Position numbers and translations under genes: made by a program. Shown one piece after another: positions 18,263 through 33,115 of a DNA stretch of 64,000 nucleotides (positions are counted from its first letter, which is position 1; each line of letters begins with the position of its first letter). The notes below the pieces were generated by a model. That model did no database searches and was not told the origin of the DNA. It saw only the letters and a program-made list of their open reading frames with translations. This DNA is from Octopus vulgaris (taxonomy: Eukaryota), in contig OX597822.1 in the NCBI GenBank assembly GCA_951406725.2, positions 17,794,001 to 17,858,000 on the forward strand. The letters are read 5' to 3'.

Positions 18263-19425
18263 ATCCCTGTCCTGTTAATGCAGTCTATCTTCATATATTG
18301 ATACCTAAACAAAAGTGTTGCATGCTGATGTACAAGAAACTGATTTAATAACACCCCCCACCAAAAAAAGAATAATCATTGTTGTTCCAAATTTTTTCTA
18401 TAGCACTTACCCCACCCCCCACTCAGCCATGCTCACCTCCACACAGCCTTGCCTGTGCCTATTCATATTGAGTTATGTCTCTTTACATCCTGCGTTCAAA
18501 ACTTGTTGACGTTTGATGTTGCATTTGGTGTCTTTGGATTTGTGAAGATAAATACCAGTAATAGAAATGGACAAGATAAAATCAATGGTGCTCCATTCAA
18601 AAACATGTGACCTTTTCTTTTGAAATGTTCTATTGAACTGTGAAACCATTTAAATAATTGATAATTACGATCCATTCCTCTTCTGCTTTCCATGTCAATT
18701 CAATTTCTGATTGAGTAAATATCGCAGATTTAGGTAAAAGTCAAAGAATTAAGTGGGACAAGGAGGGATATTATTTGGTGATAAAAACTTATGGAGGGGT
18801 TTAAGATTTAAAAATAATAAAATTGGAACAATTAAAGAATTTGTCTTTAGTCACCTTTGCTCTTTTTCTCTTCTTTGTTTTATTCGTAATGAATTTCCAA
18901 GTGTTGGAGTTTGAGTTTGTCGTTCCCAACATTATGTAAATCAGGTTGAATTATTCACACGATTGTCTTTTTATATTGATTTTCATAAGAAAGTGGCAGG
19001 GATGGACAGGAAAGTATAGAATGACCATGAAAGAAAGAAATGTGTGTGTTTGTGTGTGTAAAGAAGTATAAAGACAATACAATGGATATTCCATCTTTAA
19101 AGATAAAGCAGAAACATGACTAATCAAATTTTTTGATTGGGTTGCAGATTTCCCTTTTTTAAATATATTTTTTTACAAATATTTACATAAAATTTGATGT
19201 GAATTGACTATAAAATCTTGTATATTTTTTATGACAGCATTGATATATACATATGTGTGTGTCATTTATATATATGTGCATGCACACACGCATATATATA
19301 TATATATACATAAAATATACATGTTTGTATATATACATATATATGCAGATACATAAATATATATATATATAAATATATATACGTAAATATATATATGCAT
19401 ATATGTACATATATATGCATGAATG

Positions 19426-19467
<42 letters not shown>

Positions 19468-20965
19468 AATATACATATATGTATATATATATAGAGAGAG
19501 AGAGAGATAGATAGACATGTATGCATGTGTATGTATATATATATGTGTGTGTATGTGTGTATCTATATATATATATTTATATACATATGTATATGTGTGT
19601 GAATGCATATATAAATTTATATATATACACACACACACACACATATATATATATACACACACATATTTATATATGTATACATGCTAACACACACTCACCA
19701 CACATGCCTATATATTTATATATATATAATATTGAAATATAAAATAACTTTATTCCACTATTTTCGTAATATTTAAGTCTCTCCTCCAGAGTTTCTGGAT
19801 TAGTTGGGTTTTTTTTGGGTTTTTTGTTAAGGTTTCAAAACTATTTATTGTCATTACTCATTAATATATCCTTAAAGCATGGCTGAATATCTCCCATCCT
19901 TTCTGCTATGTTTATTTTCATGTGTTAACTTGTGATGTATGAGTCAAAATCATTTTAATGAATAAATTAAAAGGATATGAATTAAAATCGTTTTCAACAT
20001 TTTCTCTTCTTGTTTGTTTCTATTTTTTATTTTTTCTGCTCATATTATCTTTCCTTTCCTTTGAATTTAAAAAAAAATTCATTTCACCAGTTATTTTGGT
20101 TTTTTTTTTTTTCTGAATTTTTCATTCAGTTTAACACATCAATTTAGCATTTCTCAATCTCTTTTTAAAATTCAATGTATAACTTGGAACTAAAAATAGC
20201 AAATCATTCATACTGAAGAGACAAGATAAGCGAAGCAACTAAATTTCATAAAGAATTTTGTCTTGATGTTCACAGTTGAAGAATAAATAAATAAATAAAT
20301 GCAATGACACCAGCAACAACAACAAAATTAAGACTACTATCATTACTACCAGTAATAATAATAATAATAATTATAATAACGATAACAAAAGTAAAAAGAT
20401 TTCAAAATATTAATAATGGTATCAACATCTACAGCAAGAATGCAACCACACCAGCAGAAGTAATAAGGAAGAGAATAATATTCTTGTTTGTTTACTTCTT
20501 TCTTTACTGACTTTACTGAGTTAAGGTGATAAAGTTGAATTAAATTTCTAACGAAACATCAGGAAATGAATTTGTAGCGTTTGACAAGTTCTTATAGGAA
20601 TGATGAAAAACCTGAATGTTGTGAGGCAAATACGGAATACTTCTGCATAAATAAATACTCCTCTCATTACATTTTAGTTTCCTCTGCAGTTACTGGGGGA
20701 AGTCGGGGGTGGGGTGGAAAGAACGAATGAAATATCAAGTGTGAAGAAATTTTAAACTGAACTTTGGAGATCCTTCGAAAAGTCGAAAATTCTATTTTAA
20801 ATTCAAATAGAAAAATAAAAGAAAACGGACAGAAGTAGAGAAATTATTGAAAGAAATGAAGTGCCGTGAATATTGATAAATATCTGAGGTAAATTTTGGC
20901 CCATTTTGTGACTGGGATTGAGACTTGGTGAGATAATTCATTTCTGGTCAGATCTGATCATTTTT

Positions 20966-21325
20966 ATCTTTTACTCATTTTAATCATTGGTTTGAAGTTG
21001 TGCTGGAGTATTGCCTTGAAGGGTTTACTCAAACAATAGTTACATATTTTTAAGAATGGTACTTATTCTATTGATCCCGTTTGTCAAACTGCTAAGTTAT
21101 ATGTTACACAGACATAGCAAACAAACACTGGTTGCCAAGCAATTGTTGTGGTTCTGTGAACAAAGACACACACACACATATGTTTTCCACATATTTTCTA
21201 TTTATATGCAGTTTCTGTCTAGGAAATTCGCTCATAAGGCATTAATTGTCCCAGGGTTATAGTAGCCCAAGATGCCATACAGCAAGATTGAACTCAGTAC
21301 CATGTGGTTGCCAAAAAAGCTCAAC
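20966..21325 (-). mobile_element. Degenerate tRNA-derived SINE
   Basis: tcttttact... tail and internal motifs shared with 55441-55810. Confidence 0.55.
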
Positions 21326-22429
21326 CTCAGCTACATCAGCACTCTGTTGAGTAGGAAAAACATCTTAAGGGTTAATAGATGGAATACCTTTAATTACAGG
21401 TATTTTCCATCAGAGTTGAGACTAAATATAACAAAAATCAATAGAAAATTGAAATACAAGAAAGGTATGAATACATAAATATATAATCAGCTTTCAAATT
21501 TAAAAAAAAACATTTTTTGATCCTTGAAACAATGTTTTGGTTTGCATAAGCATATTGTTATAGATCACAGCAAAGGGTTCCTTGCATCATAATCTACTAA
21601 TTGTAGTGTATTGTTTGTCCATGTCTTGCAGAAAGAAGTTATAATTGTAGAAGAACCATTTAAAAATTTGCAGTTTAATCTCTGGATTTGCACAATAACA
21701 ATAAGCATTTCAGAGCCATTTTCTTTGATGAAGTAGATGTCAGCCTTGTAGACTACTTAATGGTCTTTTGTATTTTCCCTTTTTGCATTTCTTACACTCT
21801 ACCCATTGCCCTCATTTCCTCTATGACCTTGAAACAGGTCCTTTTCCTTTCCTACTACAGCCATCTTGCCCTTTCTTCTCACTCAACCTCTTTCATCATT
21901 TCTCAGCTTATGGACCATTCATTTCACCTATTTCTTTTCACAGCATCCGTAACTGGTTCTGTTTCTACCGTTTTCAGCCATTTCTTGTTTCTTTTCTTTT
22001 TCATCAATATTCTGTGAGCTTAGAATGATTTAGATATTCTTTTTTTAGGATTTATTCAACTTTTTTTCCTAACAAGACAATATTTCTGCAAGTATTTTCT
22101 CTTATCACATAAGGAATATAATGCATTCCTGAAAGCAAAGCTTGTTTAATTTATCAAATCTGTTTAGATAACTCTTTGCTCATTTACTATTCAAACCAAC
22201 TGCTTTGCTTCCAACCATCCATACCTAGTCATGTTTCAGTGTTGCTTTTGATACCAAGGAAATACCTGTCAGATTACATCGGATATCATTTTTCACAATT
22301 TCAGCTATTTTTCATATCAATACATTATCACAGACATTACCGTTGAGAAGCTGGTGATTTTTGCATTAGTGACTCTCTCACTTTCTATGATTGAAAGTCT
22401 TGGATACAATCGTAAAATGTATCCATACA

Positions 22430-22464
<35 letters not shown>

Positions 22465-23789
22465 GTTTGCATGATTTGGTTGGTGTTGTTGGCATTGTTG
22501 TATGGCAACAATATCAGCCCTGATCAAGTTGACTTAGGATCAAAGTTGCTCTAGCCAGCACCATCTAGGAATACATTATCCAATATGACCTTTTCTTTCC
22601 AAGACAGTAGCATGTTTCAAAAGATATATTTTTGAAGGTATCCCAAAATCTGAGTAGAGAGAGTATTATTATGAACATCCCAAAACAATACCTATAGGTT
22701 TGGGTCGAACTTCTGTTGGGATACGATGTCCACTGGTTCCAATCGACAGTCAGTAGCATGACACTAGGGACACCATAAATGGAAAGAGTCTTTTGAGAGA
22801 GCTTAATCTAAATGCAACCCTTTATATGCTCTTAAGGACCAAGTGACAGTGTTAACTTTGGTTGTATGTTAATCTTAATGGGAATACTGAAAGAGCCATT
22901 GCTGAAGTAATAATGCAACCCAACCCATGACAGCATGGAAATGGATGTTAAAGGATAATAATGATGCCACTGATCTGAGTCTTACCCTCACCTCTCACCC
23001 CAAATACTATATTGATTGCAAAATAGAGCAACTCTTCTTCCTTAGTCTGTGCATTTATTTACACTTGTGAAGGACCAAGCTTAAGGATAGGCTGCTTTCG
23101 TTGTCACTGTAAGAACCCCTCTCTGTATGAGCAGTTGTGTGTGTAAGTATAATAATGGCTTGTTTGTGTCCTAAAATACTAGGAGTGTCGTTATAAGGAA
23201 GAAATACAACTCAGGAGAGTGAAAAGGAAGTGGGAAATATATAGAAACAGGAATTTTGTAGAGAAGTTTGTAGGTTTGTTTAAAGAAAACTGTGTACAAG
23301 AGGGAGAGAGAATCTAAAGAGATTTGGTGTCTAGAAGTTAATTTTAGATTCAGTGAGAAGGATTGCCATTGAGACAGAATTTCAGCAACCAAAGAATGAA
23401 TGAATCACTAGGATTGACCATTTTAAATTCAGTGTTAATAGTGTTGGGGCAGAGGGGGGAGACAGAGAGAGAGAGAGAGAGGTTAAGCTTTGGATAGATG
23501 GATGAAAGGATAGACTGATAACATTTGTTGAGAACAATAAATTGTTATATTTTCAACTTCCTTGAATAAAAATAGCATGATTTCAACAACATTTTAGAAA
23601 GTTGAAAAATAATGATATTCTATCTTATTCCTGCTGAGACTTGAATGTGTTCTGTTTTTGATTCAAAAATGAGTTACATTACAAACCATCATCATCATCG
23701 TTACATTACATAAAGGATTTCAAGCCAAGTTTTATATTCTCACATACAAATTATGGTATTGCTTCATTATTATTGGTGTGATTATCATC

Positions 23790-24020
23790 CTCATCCCTTA
23801 ATCGATGTAGCCAGTCATTGGGGTGCCACTTCAGACGCTTTCATAGTCAGCCATCAGCACTGTCATGAATAGCAGGTTTGCAGTTTTGTGATCTGCCCAG
23901 TCCTTGACATTGTCGAACCAGCATTTCTTCTGTTTGCCCTTCTTTCACCCTCCCTCAACTGTGCCCAGAAGATTGGTTTTGCACAGGGAGTTGTGTAGGG
24001 AGACATGGCCTTACAGCGAC
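23790..24020 (-). mobile_element. Old RTE LINE C-terminal fragment
   Basis: LLGTVEG..KGKQKKCWFDNVKDW-like translation. Confidence 0.55.
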
Positions 24021-24349
24021 ACTATATATTGCTACAAATAGGAAAGTGCCTTTGGATGTGGTTGTGTGAGTTTGTCTGTAAATTTATGTATATCATCATC
24101 ATTTTCACATCCACTTCTCCATGCTTGCATGGGTTAGACGGAGTTTATTGAAGCAGATTTTCTATCACTGGATGCCTTTCCTGTTACCAACTGTCACCTG
24201 TTTCTAAGACAGTATTTCCCCATGGCCAAATATGTTTGTGCAGAATATTGAACATGAACGACATGGGTTGTGTGACAGAAGCAATCATCCATAACTACCA
24301 TGACAAGACAAGGAAACACAAACATACACACATTCTTATGGTATATTTT

Positions 24350-24830
24350 CAGTTTAGTTTACCTATCTTGGAAGTGGTGTTATAATGAGACACTGAAGTG
24401 AAGGCCAGGATAGGTAAAGCATTGTCAGTATTCCAACACTTTCCTCCAGTATGGAGATCGAAGACCATCACCAACATGATGAAGTTGCATCGATTGTTGT
24501 ACCAACAGCCATTTGTGCCTGTGAAGTGTAGAAGACAGTGAAGATCTTTCAGTTGCTGGATGTGTTCTATCAACACTGCCTGTAATTAATTCTGGGCATC
24601 AGGACAGAATGTGAAATGATGAGGTGATGAGAAGTCTGTAGGATGTGGTGACTAAGTAGTGAGTATGGTTGACTGAGCTTGTGCTTTGATTACTGCAGGA
24701 GAAACATGTTACCATCATGGATGGAGTGGATGCCAGATGGAGGAAGAAGATCAAGTGGAAGACCGAGGAAGATGTGGTGCGGTACATTCCAGGATAACAT
24801 GATTGCGATGCAAGTCAGCTTGAGTAGAGC
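24350..24830 (+). mobile_element. Old RTE LINE fragment
   Basis: TYLGS..EVKARIGKALSVF..VWRSKTI..IVVPTA..GRRSSGRPRKMW with stops and frameshifts. Confidence 0.65.
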
Positions 24831-27417
24831 TAAGAGGAAAACGAACAATTGAGATATTTGGAGTAGGTTTGTTGTGCTGATGGCACCGGAACATCTGAGA
24901 GCTTAAATGTATGTGTGTTATGTTGTGAGTGTGTGTGTGTGTGTGCACCCATATAAATGCCATGTACATGTACACCTATGTAAATATAACAATAAGTAAC
25001 TTGATATGTGACCATCATACACTAAAATTGGAAAGATTCATGACTGCCATTTCAAACGCACACGCACACACCCACATTGTTATAGTCACTTTTGTTATAT
25101 TTCTTGATAATATTGTACAATATTCATTGTATACAAACAGTGAATGTAAGTGTATATCATTATCATCATCATCATATACAATAGGTTTCTTTCAGTTTTC
25201 TTTTCCTAAATCCGTAAACCTGACTTTGGTCAACCTTGGGCAAAGTGGAACTGAACTCGGACCAACGTCTCTTAACCACACACATGTATACAAACATGCA
25301 TGTGTATATTAGCTTCAATATATGCATGTGTTCTTCTCTAAATAAATGCATTTATTCCTCTGTGTGGATATGCGAATATATATATGTGTGTGTGTACATA
25401 TATAATAAGTATAAATTTTGTTCAGCTGAACTCTCATAATAAACTATCTTTTATTTGCTCATCTATTCCTGTAAAACACATCTACACACTCATTCTAACA
25501 ATTCCTGCTTGCTTAAAACCTTGTTGACTGTTTGTTTTTCTTCTTTGTTTTCATTTCGTTTTTTCCTGGAATTTTCTTTTTCTTTTGTACAATTAACATG
25601 TTGTCCATACTACTATTTTAGCAACTATTTATCAATGACAGTTACTGATTCCTGCTTCTAGGAAGGTAACTCGATCTGTTCATGTTCTGCTGAAGGTAAA
25701 AAGACATATTCTATGTTGCTAATAATACTGGATGTCCATTGATATTTGTAGCTTTAGCCATGAAAGAAAAGAAAGAAACAAAGAGGAAATAAAAACACAA
25801 TTAAAAATTGAAAAAAATAACCCAAACACTTTCTCACTCTCCCGTTTACTATCTTAACAACTTGTTAACTATTTCTGTGAAAACAGAAAAGATTGTGTTA
25901 AAACAGATGTTTGCCTTTGGACAATGGCAGAAAAAGACAAAAAAAAAGTGAGTTCTAATTGGAAAAAAGATTTTAATAGGTTATTTGTAATATGCCATAA
26001 GCTTTTTCGAAACAAAGCCAAATAAAAACTGAATTTGCTTCCATGACACATGTTCATTGTTTTATGTTTTAGATTCTGATGTTTGTGCCTCATGAAAATA
26101 AACTCAAGTCAAAGTTTTTCTTTCTTTCTTTTTTTTTTCTTCCTTCTTGACAAACATATTTTTGAGAAAATAATTTCCCTTTAGATGCAATAATATTTCC
26201 ACTCCAACTTTTTCTTATTTTTTAATTAAAATTCTTTTTTAAAAAATTTGTAGGTTATTTTTCTTTTCTTTTAATTATTCATTAAAGGTGGTTTTGTCGT
26301 TAGCATTGTTTCTTCTACATCAAACAAAAACAAACACATTTTGTTTTTGTTGTTTTATTTTCTGCATTGCTTTGTTTGTTTATTTTGGCTTTGAGCAGGT
26401 TTTATTTTCAAACTGTTTGTTTTATTCTGGATGATAATTAAAACCTTGTATCATTTGTTCTGTTAAATCTTCTTCTATGCTATCATTTCTGGAAGGTCTG
26501 TTTCTCTTCTCTTTTTCTTCTTTCTTATCAAACATTTTTTTTTCTTTATCTGCACAAATTTTATATTATTTTGTATTTGATCAGAGCTTCCATTCATTTT
26601 CGCCACCAAACTTTTATTTAGTAATGTTTCTAAAATCGGTAGATTATTACCAACCAGTAACAAACTGCAACATATCTATTTGCCATGAAATTATTGCATC
26701 TTGTTTTTTAACGAGCTTCCAATTCACACCTGCATTTCATATTCTCAACACATGATTGAATAACATCAAGTGTTGTAATTTTTAATACTTATAAATAAAA
26801 TATCACAATTGATTGGTTCAGCCATTATATTCTGACGAGAGGGAGAAAATCTATTTCTTGTTCATTTACTTCATTGGAATAATAATAATCAAAATTCAGC
26901 TGTACATTCATATTTAATTGATTTCTTTAATTTTTAATTAAAAGAAAAAAAAACCCATAAAGTTCCAATCACAAACCTGTAATTAAATCAGTGGTGCTCC
27001 TCGGTGTGATGTCAGTCTCAAGTCTGTGATCATTTGTTTGCTTTACATCTGTTTTTCCTATGCAATGATAGGTTAGAGAAGTACTTCTTCATCATCATCA
27101 TCATTTAATGACTGTTTTCCAGGCTGACATGGAAAACAGACACAAAATGATTTGTTTAAATATTCTATAATAATGGCAGGGAACATATATCTCTGATTGT
27201 GCATTTTGATATCTTTCTAATATATTTTTCCCAACGTGAATATTTATTTCATTTTAACCAGAATGAAAATATCTATTTTGGTTTTTCTATTGTATTTTAA
27301 GCATTGATATTGAAATAGTTGTGGTGTTAACATTTAATATGGGCAGTATTAAAAATGAAATGGAAATGGAACTATGTGAAAAATTTGAGAGTTAAATTAG
27401 TGTGGACATATTTGGTA

Positions 27418-28359
27418 CATCATCATCATCGTCGTTTAACATCCATTTTTCATGCTGGCATGGCTTGGATGGTTTTACTAGGCTGCATCAGGCTCCAATC
27501 TGATCTGGCAAGATTTCTACAGCTGGATGCCCTTCCTAACACCAACCACACTGAGAGTGTAGTGGGTGCTTTTGTCATGTCACTGGCATGGGATCCAGTT
27601 GAGCATCACTGGCATCAGCCATGTTTGGATGGTGCTTTTTACATGCTACCAGCACAGGAGCCATTTGGGGATGGGGGCCTGGCATCAACCACATATGGAT
27701 GGTACTTTTTATATGCCACTGGCATGGGGAGCCAGTCAAGCAGCACTGACAACGACCCATGCATGAAGGGTGTTTATTGCCTGTCACCAGCATGGGAGCC
27801 AGTCAGGTGGAACTGGCATTGGCCTCAACTACAATTTCCATTTTGATTTGATTGAAATTTTGATTGCGATTTTGAATTTACTTGACTCAACAGGTCTTCT
27901 CAAGCATGGTGTGTTGTCTGATGATTCAAAGGCGCTTTTTAAATGGGCTGGTTATGTGACACTGGTATAGGCTATGGCTGTTATCTCACTTTACTTGCCC
28001 AGTCTTCTCAATCACAGCATATCCCCAGAGGTCTCGGTTTCTTGTCATTGCCTCTGTGAAGCCCAGTGTTCGAAGGTTGTGCTTCGCCACCTCATCCTAT
28101 GTTGTCCTGGGTCTCCCTCTTCCACGGGTTCCTTCTATTATTTGGGAGTGGAACTTCTTCACACAGCTTTCCTCATCCATAAGCAGCACATGACCATACC
28201 AGTGCAGTCATCTCTCTTGCACACCACATCTGATGCTTCTTATGTCCAACATTTCTCTCAGGGCACTTACACTTTGTGGTGTGTGCACACTGACATTACA
28301 CATCCAGTGGATCATACTAACTTCCTTCCTTTCAAGCCTACACATGTCCTCAACAGTCA
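27418..28359 (-). mobile_element. RTE LINE 3' fragment, older relative of 12483-13954
   Basis: (CAT)n-gtttaac tail, gctggatgcccttcctaac box and homologous ORF end. Confidence 0.85.
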
Positions 28360-28438
28360 AAACATCAATATCAATGATCAGTTTTTATTTTGACTAATAT
28401 TGGTTTCAGCATGCATTTTCCAGCACGCATGGGAGATA

Positions 28439-28480
28439 ACTCTAGACATGTTCCTGTCTTAATGGCCTCATCAGCAGAGC
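28439..28480 (-). ncRNA. Degenerate minimal type I hammerhead
   Basis: GCTCTG-CTGATGA-GGCCATTAAGACA-GGAA-CATG-TC-TAGAGT; helix I pairs, helix III is palindromic ACATGT, GAAA is changed to GGAA. Confidence 0.5.
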
Positions 28481-31400
28481 TGTGTTTGTATTTATAAAAG
28501 CAATGATAAAAACATCACTGCGTAAATTGTACATTAGTTGGTATAGGAAATAGAAAAATTGTTTAGAGAATCTACATTAAAAAATGTAGCCAAAGTTAGT
28601 GTTAGTATATTTAAAACAGGTAGCATTCTTATTTTACTACCCTTTCTCAGTTGAACTTGTTTGGTCTTATGAAAGTATAACAGAGTATGTAGAAAATAGG
28701 GTTTTTTTTCACCCTTTTGTTTAGATGAAAGATAGTGTTTAGACTCATGGAGAAAAACATGTTCTTAAATTGAACACCAGATCTAAATACTTAAAACAGA
28801 GTGAACTCTTGCTAACAGCATCCAGGAGATGATTATATTAATCTGCCAACAGATTCAGTTTAATTAGCTGTTTATCAAAAGATGTTCAAAATTTCTGTGA
28901 AATATTGAAGAACCGTTGAAATAAAGTTTAGTTGAGCTTAGAATGATTCAAGTTTTTAGTTGAAACATTTCTAAACTACTTTGTGATTTTGGGTTGATGC
29001 CAAACATAGGTGCATTGTTATTTGGTAAATGTTATTTATTTTGTAGTGATTTTTTCATTCAGTTCTTTTAAAATTGAAGATTATTATCAGAAGCTAAACA
29101 AAACTAGACTTCAAGGAAACTAGGAGTCGTCTGCATTTAGGAAAAAAAAAATCAGCCCTCTAAACAAAAAAGAAAAAAAAGAAGCAATGTGCTGTTCATG
29201 ATCACTATTTTTATCTTTTTGATATCTTTCATCTTTTACTGGTTTCAGTAGTGTGGCCTTGATAAGATAATGCCTTGAAGAATTGATCAAATAAATCAAC
29301 CTCAGACCCTATTTTTTTTGAGACCAGTACTTATTCCATTGATCTCTTTTATGAAATTACTAAAATTATGGGGATGTAAACCCATAAACACCAGTTGTCT
29401 TGTAGTGGTGGTGAACAAATACACAGACACACACGCACAGGTACGTCTACCTGCTGGTGCCACATAAAATTGCCCACACTGGTGCCGTGTAAAAAGCATC
29501 CAGTACACTTTGTTTGGTGGTTGGCATTAAGAATGGTGTCCAGCAGTAAAATCCATGCTAAAACAGACAGTGGAACCTGCTGTAGTTTTCCAGCTTACTA
29601 GCTCCTCTCAAATAATCCAACCCATGGAAAACGGACATTAAATGAGGACGATACACACTAGCTTCTTTTAGTTTCAGTTTACTAAATCTACTCACAAGGT
29701 TTTTGTCAGCTGAAGGCTACAGTAGAAGAAACTTGCCCAAGGTGCTATGAATGTGGTTGGGAAGCAATCTTCTTGCCAACAATCTTATTCTTAATATGCA
29801 TTGTTGATTTTGGTTTCTTTATTTATATATTAGCAGTTTTGAGTTAAACAAGGTTAATTATGTTTATAAATAGTTTTACATAAATTAAATGTAAAGTGCA
29901 TCCATGCTAAACTAGGATTTTAACTTGTGAAAATCACTTTGTAAATCACGTATTTATACCCATCTAAGACCTTTTCACAACAAATACTATCTATGAATCT
30001 ATTACGTTGATTAAACGATGGATACAGAGAGAGAGGAGGAGTGAGAGAGAGGAGGAGTGAGAGAGAGAGGAGCATGAATATTTTGTGTTGTTATGAGTCT
30101 GCTCTCATAAATATTAGTTTGTTGTATTTTTTTTTCATCCTTTTCTGATCTTTACAATGAAATGTTACGTGATGTAAAGACAACAAGACTCCATTCCGCT
30201 GAGTCAACTATTCATTAATAAAGCAGTCCATTGGTCTTTTATTGGTTTGCAACCAGTGAGCTGGTGCCATGCTGCAGTACCACCATCCATATATGATCCT
30301 TGAAAAAAACTCTCTTAATGATGAGTTTCCCTGTTAGGTTCTTACTAATTCATTTACCGTTTTAAAGAGAATCCTATTTATCTTCTCTCCCATGTGGTGA
30401 CTTAAGTTTTGAACATCCACAAATGAGTGCAGAGTATCCTGCTGCACTCACGACACTGTTCTGAGTTCAATCCCTCATGGCCAACCAAATGGGATCCTTG
30501 TGTAGTTAGGTCATGGAGCTATATTTTGCATTTGAGGTGTTGACATTCACCATGTCTTTGATATTCTTTTGGCCACAAATCCAATGTGTCTTTCCTTCCT
30601 TTTAAAGATTGTAGAATGTGATTCGAGGGAGATTTGTTAGCTATTTCAAGCAGATTGAATAACCGTACATGGGCTGCCTCATTGCCCCTTAACAGTATCT
30701 ATGTTAAAATGTCTTACTTTGTTACCACATGTGGAAGCCTGTTGTGTGTATCTATCTGTCTATTTATCTATCTATACACACACACACATTCGTTAATCTG
30801 TGTGGGTTTGTGTCTTTGCATTTGTTTTCATCCTCCACCGCTGCTTGACTACTGGTGTTGGTTTGTTTATGTCCCCCATAACTTGGCAGTTCTAGCAAAA
30901 GTGACTGATAGAATAAGTACTAGACTTTTAAAAAAATTACTGGGGTCAATTTGCTTAACTAAAACCCTTCAAGGCAGTGCTCCAGCATGGCTCCATGAAA
31001 CAAATAAGAGGAAGATCTTTGTCACTTGATGTCCATTTTCCCCTGCTTAGGTGGATTGAACCATTTCTTCCATTCCTTTCTTGTCTTTAGCATTGTGAGA
31101 TCAGCTTCCATCACTTCTGTCCACTTCATCCTTGGGCATCTTTTCTCAGACTTTTCCTTCAACTTGCATCTCCTGCTATTTTGTTACCCATTTCATACCA
31201 TCCACATCCATTAGATACCCTTACCAATTCCGTCATCACTCTTTCATTCTGTCTCTGGTGTATGACTTATTGGTTAGGCTATTCATCTCATTATCATAAT
31301 GGTTGTAAGTTCGATTCCAGGTGGTGCTCTGTGCCCTTTGGCAAGACACTTTATTTCACATTGCTCCACTCAGCTGATGAAATTAGAGTAGTACCTGTAT

Positions 31401-32319
31401 CCCAAAGGGCCAGCTTTGTCACATTTTGTGTCACACTGAATCCCTGCCAAGAAGAACAGCATCAAGGCTGGGCAGGTCTGTGGGGAGTACTCAGCAACAT
31501 TAGTTTCACGAGCAGGTTGTTCCATTGATCAGCTGGAACCCTTGTCATCATAACTGATGAAGTGCTGGCTTTGTACCTCTTGGCTCATCTCTAATCACAT
31601 TGCTTGTGCTACATTAACATTACGCATCCACCGAAGCGTGTTTGCTTCATTTCCTTCCAGTGTTTGTGTCTCCATGCCACTCAACGTCAACATCTGTTAC
31701 GATGCCTAATAAGAATTTTAAAAAAACCACAGTTCTTGACTGGTGCTTCAGTTTATCAATCTCTGGAAGACAAAAAAAGCAATGTGGACCTCAGAAAGAC
31801 TTGAACTCTCAACATAAAGGATCATATTGAATACGGCAAGGCATTTTAGCTCATATTTTAAGGCTTCAGCCCATACGCTGCTTATTTACAAGCCAATATC
31901 TTGTAAATCTTTCCTTCAAATGTCACAGATGACCAACCTAAATAAAAAGTAATAATTCAACTTGCCAACAGATTTTCCTATAATTTCACATTCATTTCCG
32001 GCAGAGTTTTTTCTTGTTGTTGTTAGGTTTAATGAACAAACAGACACTTTTATTAAAGTATTTTTTTTTTTTTTTTGCCAAACAGTAAAATACTGTCTCG
32101 TTCCATCCTTTCACACATATTTAATTCAGCAGCAAGAAACAAGGAAGTCTTAGAAAAAAAATGTCTTGTGGTTATGTAATTAAGGCTTGAATTACCTTCT
32201 TTGAGCATCATTTTGAAGGTTGAGGGAGATAAAAGTGGAATTGGTAGCTTAGATAATCTCTCTCTTTCTCTCTTTCCGTCTCTCACTTTTTTTTTTATGT
32301 CAGCAAGAAAAATATAAAA

Positions 32320-32552
32320 TGTATGTGTATGTATGTGTGTGTGTGTGTGTGTATTTGTCTCCCCACCACCACCACTACTTGAGAACCAGTGGTAGCGTGC
32401 TTACATCTCTATAATTTTTCTATTTTGATAACAGACCAATAGAATAAGCACCAGACTTGAAACAACTTACTAGGGTCAATGTCTTCATCTGAAACTTTTT
32501 AAAGGAGGTGCTCCAGCATGGCAGCAGTCCAATGACTGAAACCAGTAAAAGA
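32320..32552 (+). mobile_element. SINE 3' half with a LINE-derived tail
   Basis: Ends ggtgctccagcatggcagcagtccaatgactgaaaccagtaaaaga. Confidence 0.7.
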
Positions 32553-32699
32553 TAATTAATATTCAATTAGCAATGTTATAAGTTCGTGGTGGTGGTGGTG
32601 GTGGTGGTTACTCTGAGGAACATGGTTCATTCTTGGAGCAAGTGCCAAAATCTTAGAAGAACCAGAGTTTTGAAGTGTTGTAAAGCTTAGAGAATCAGT

Positions 32700-33115
32700 G
32701 AATTAATGAATAATGGTCAAGAGCCTTAGGAGGTGCCTGAATCCCTTTTGGTGCCGGGTTGCTTTCCTGGATTATGGGTTACCATTGATCAGATTTTGTA
32801 TCCAACCAACGACTATGCGGAAATTGCGATGCGTTTTGTTACTTGTATGATTCAGGAGTCCCAGCTTGGACCCTTTGGCCATGTTGCTTTTCTGAGCCAG
32901 ACCTTGCTTACCATGTTCTCTTCACCAAGGATCCAGCTGAGTCGACAGCTTACGTTGGTCAACCAAATGTTACATAGTCATGGCATGTGAGGAGGTATCC
33001 TGCATAGACAGGGATTGACAGCTTAACAGGTCACCTTGGAGGACCCAGGGGTATACCAACAAATGGTGAATGCAACAATGTGCTGCGACAGTGCATGTCC
33101 CCACACCTCACCTAC
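32700..33115 (+). mobile_element. Degenerate RTE-like LINE 3' end
   Basis: DFVSNQRL..MRFVTCMIQESQL..FGHVA remnants. Confidence 0.55.

Noticed and set aside
17961-18354. Poly-F/S/R ORFs
   Set aside because: They derive from the (TTC)n microsatellite.
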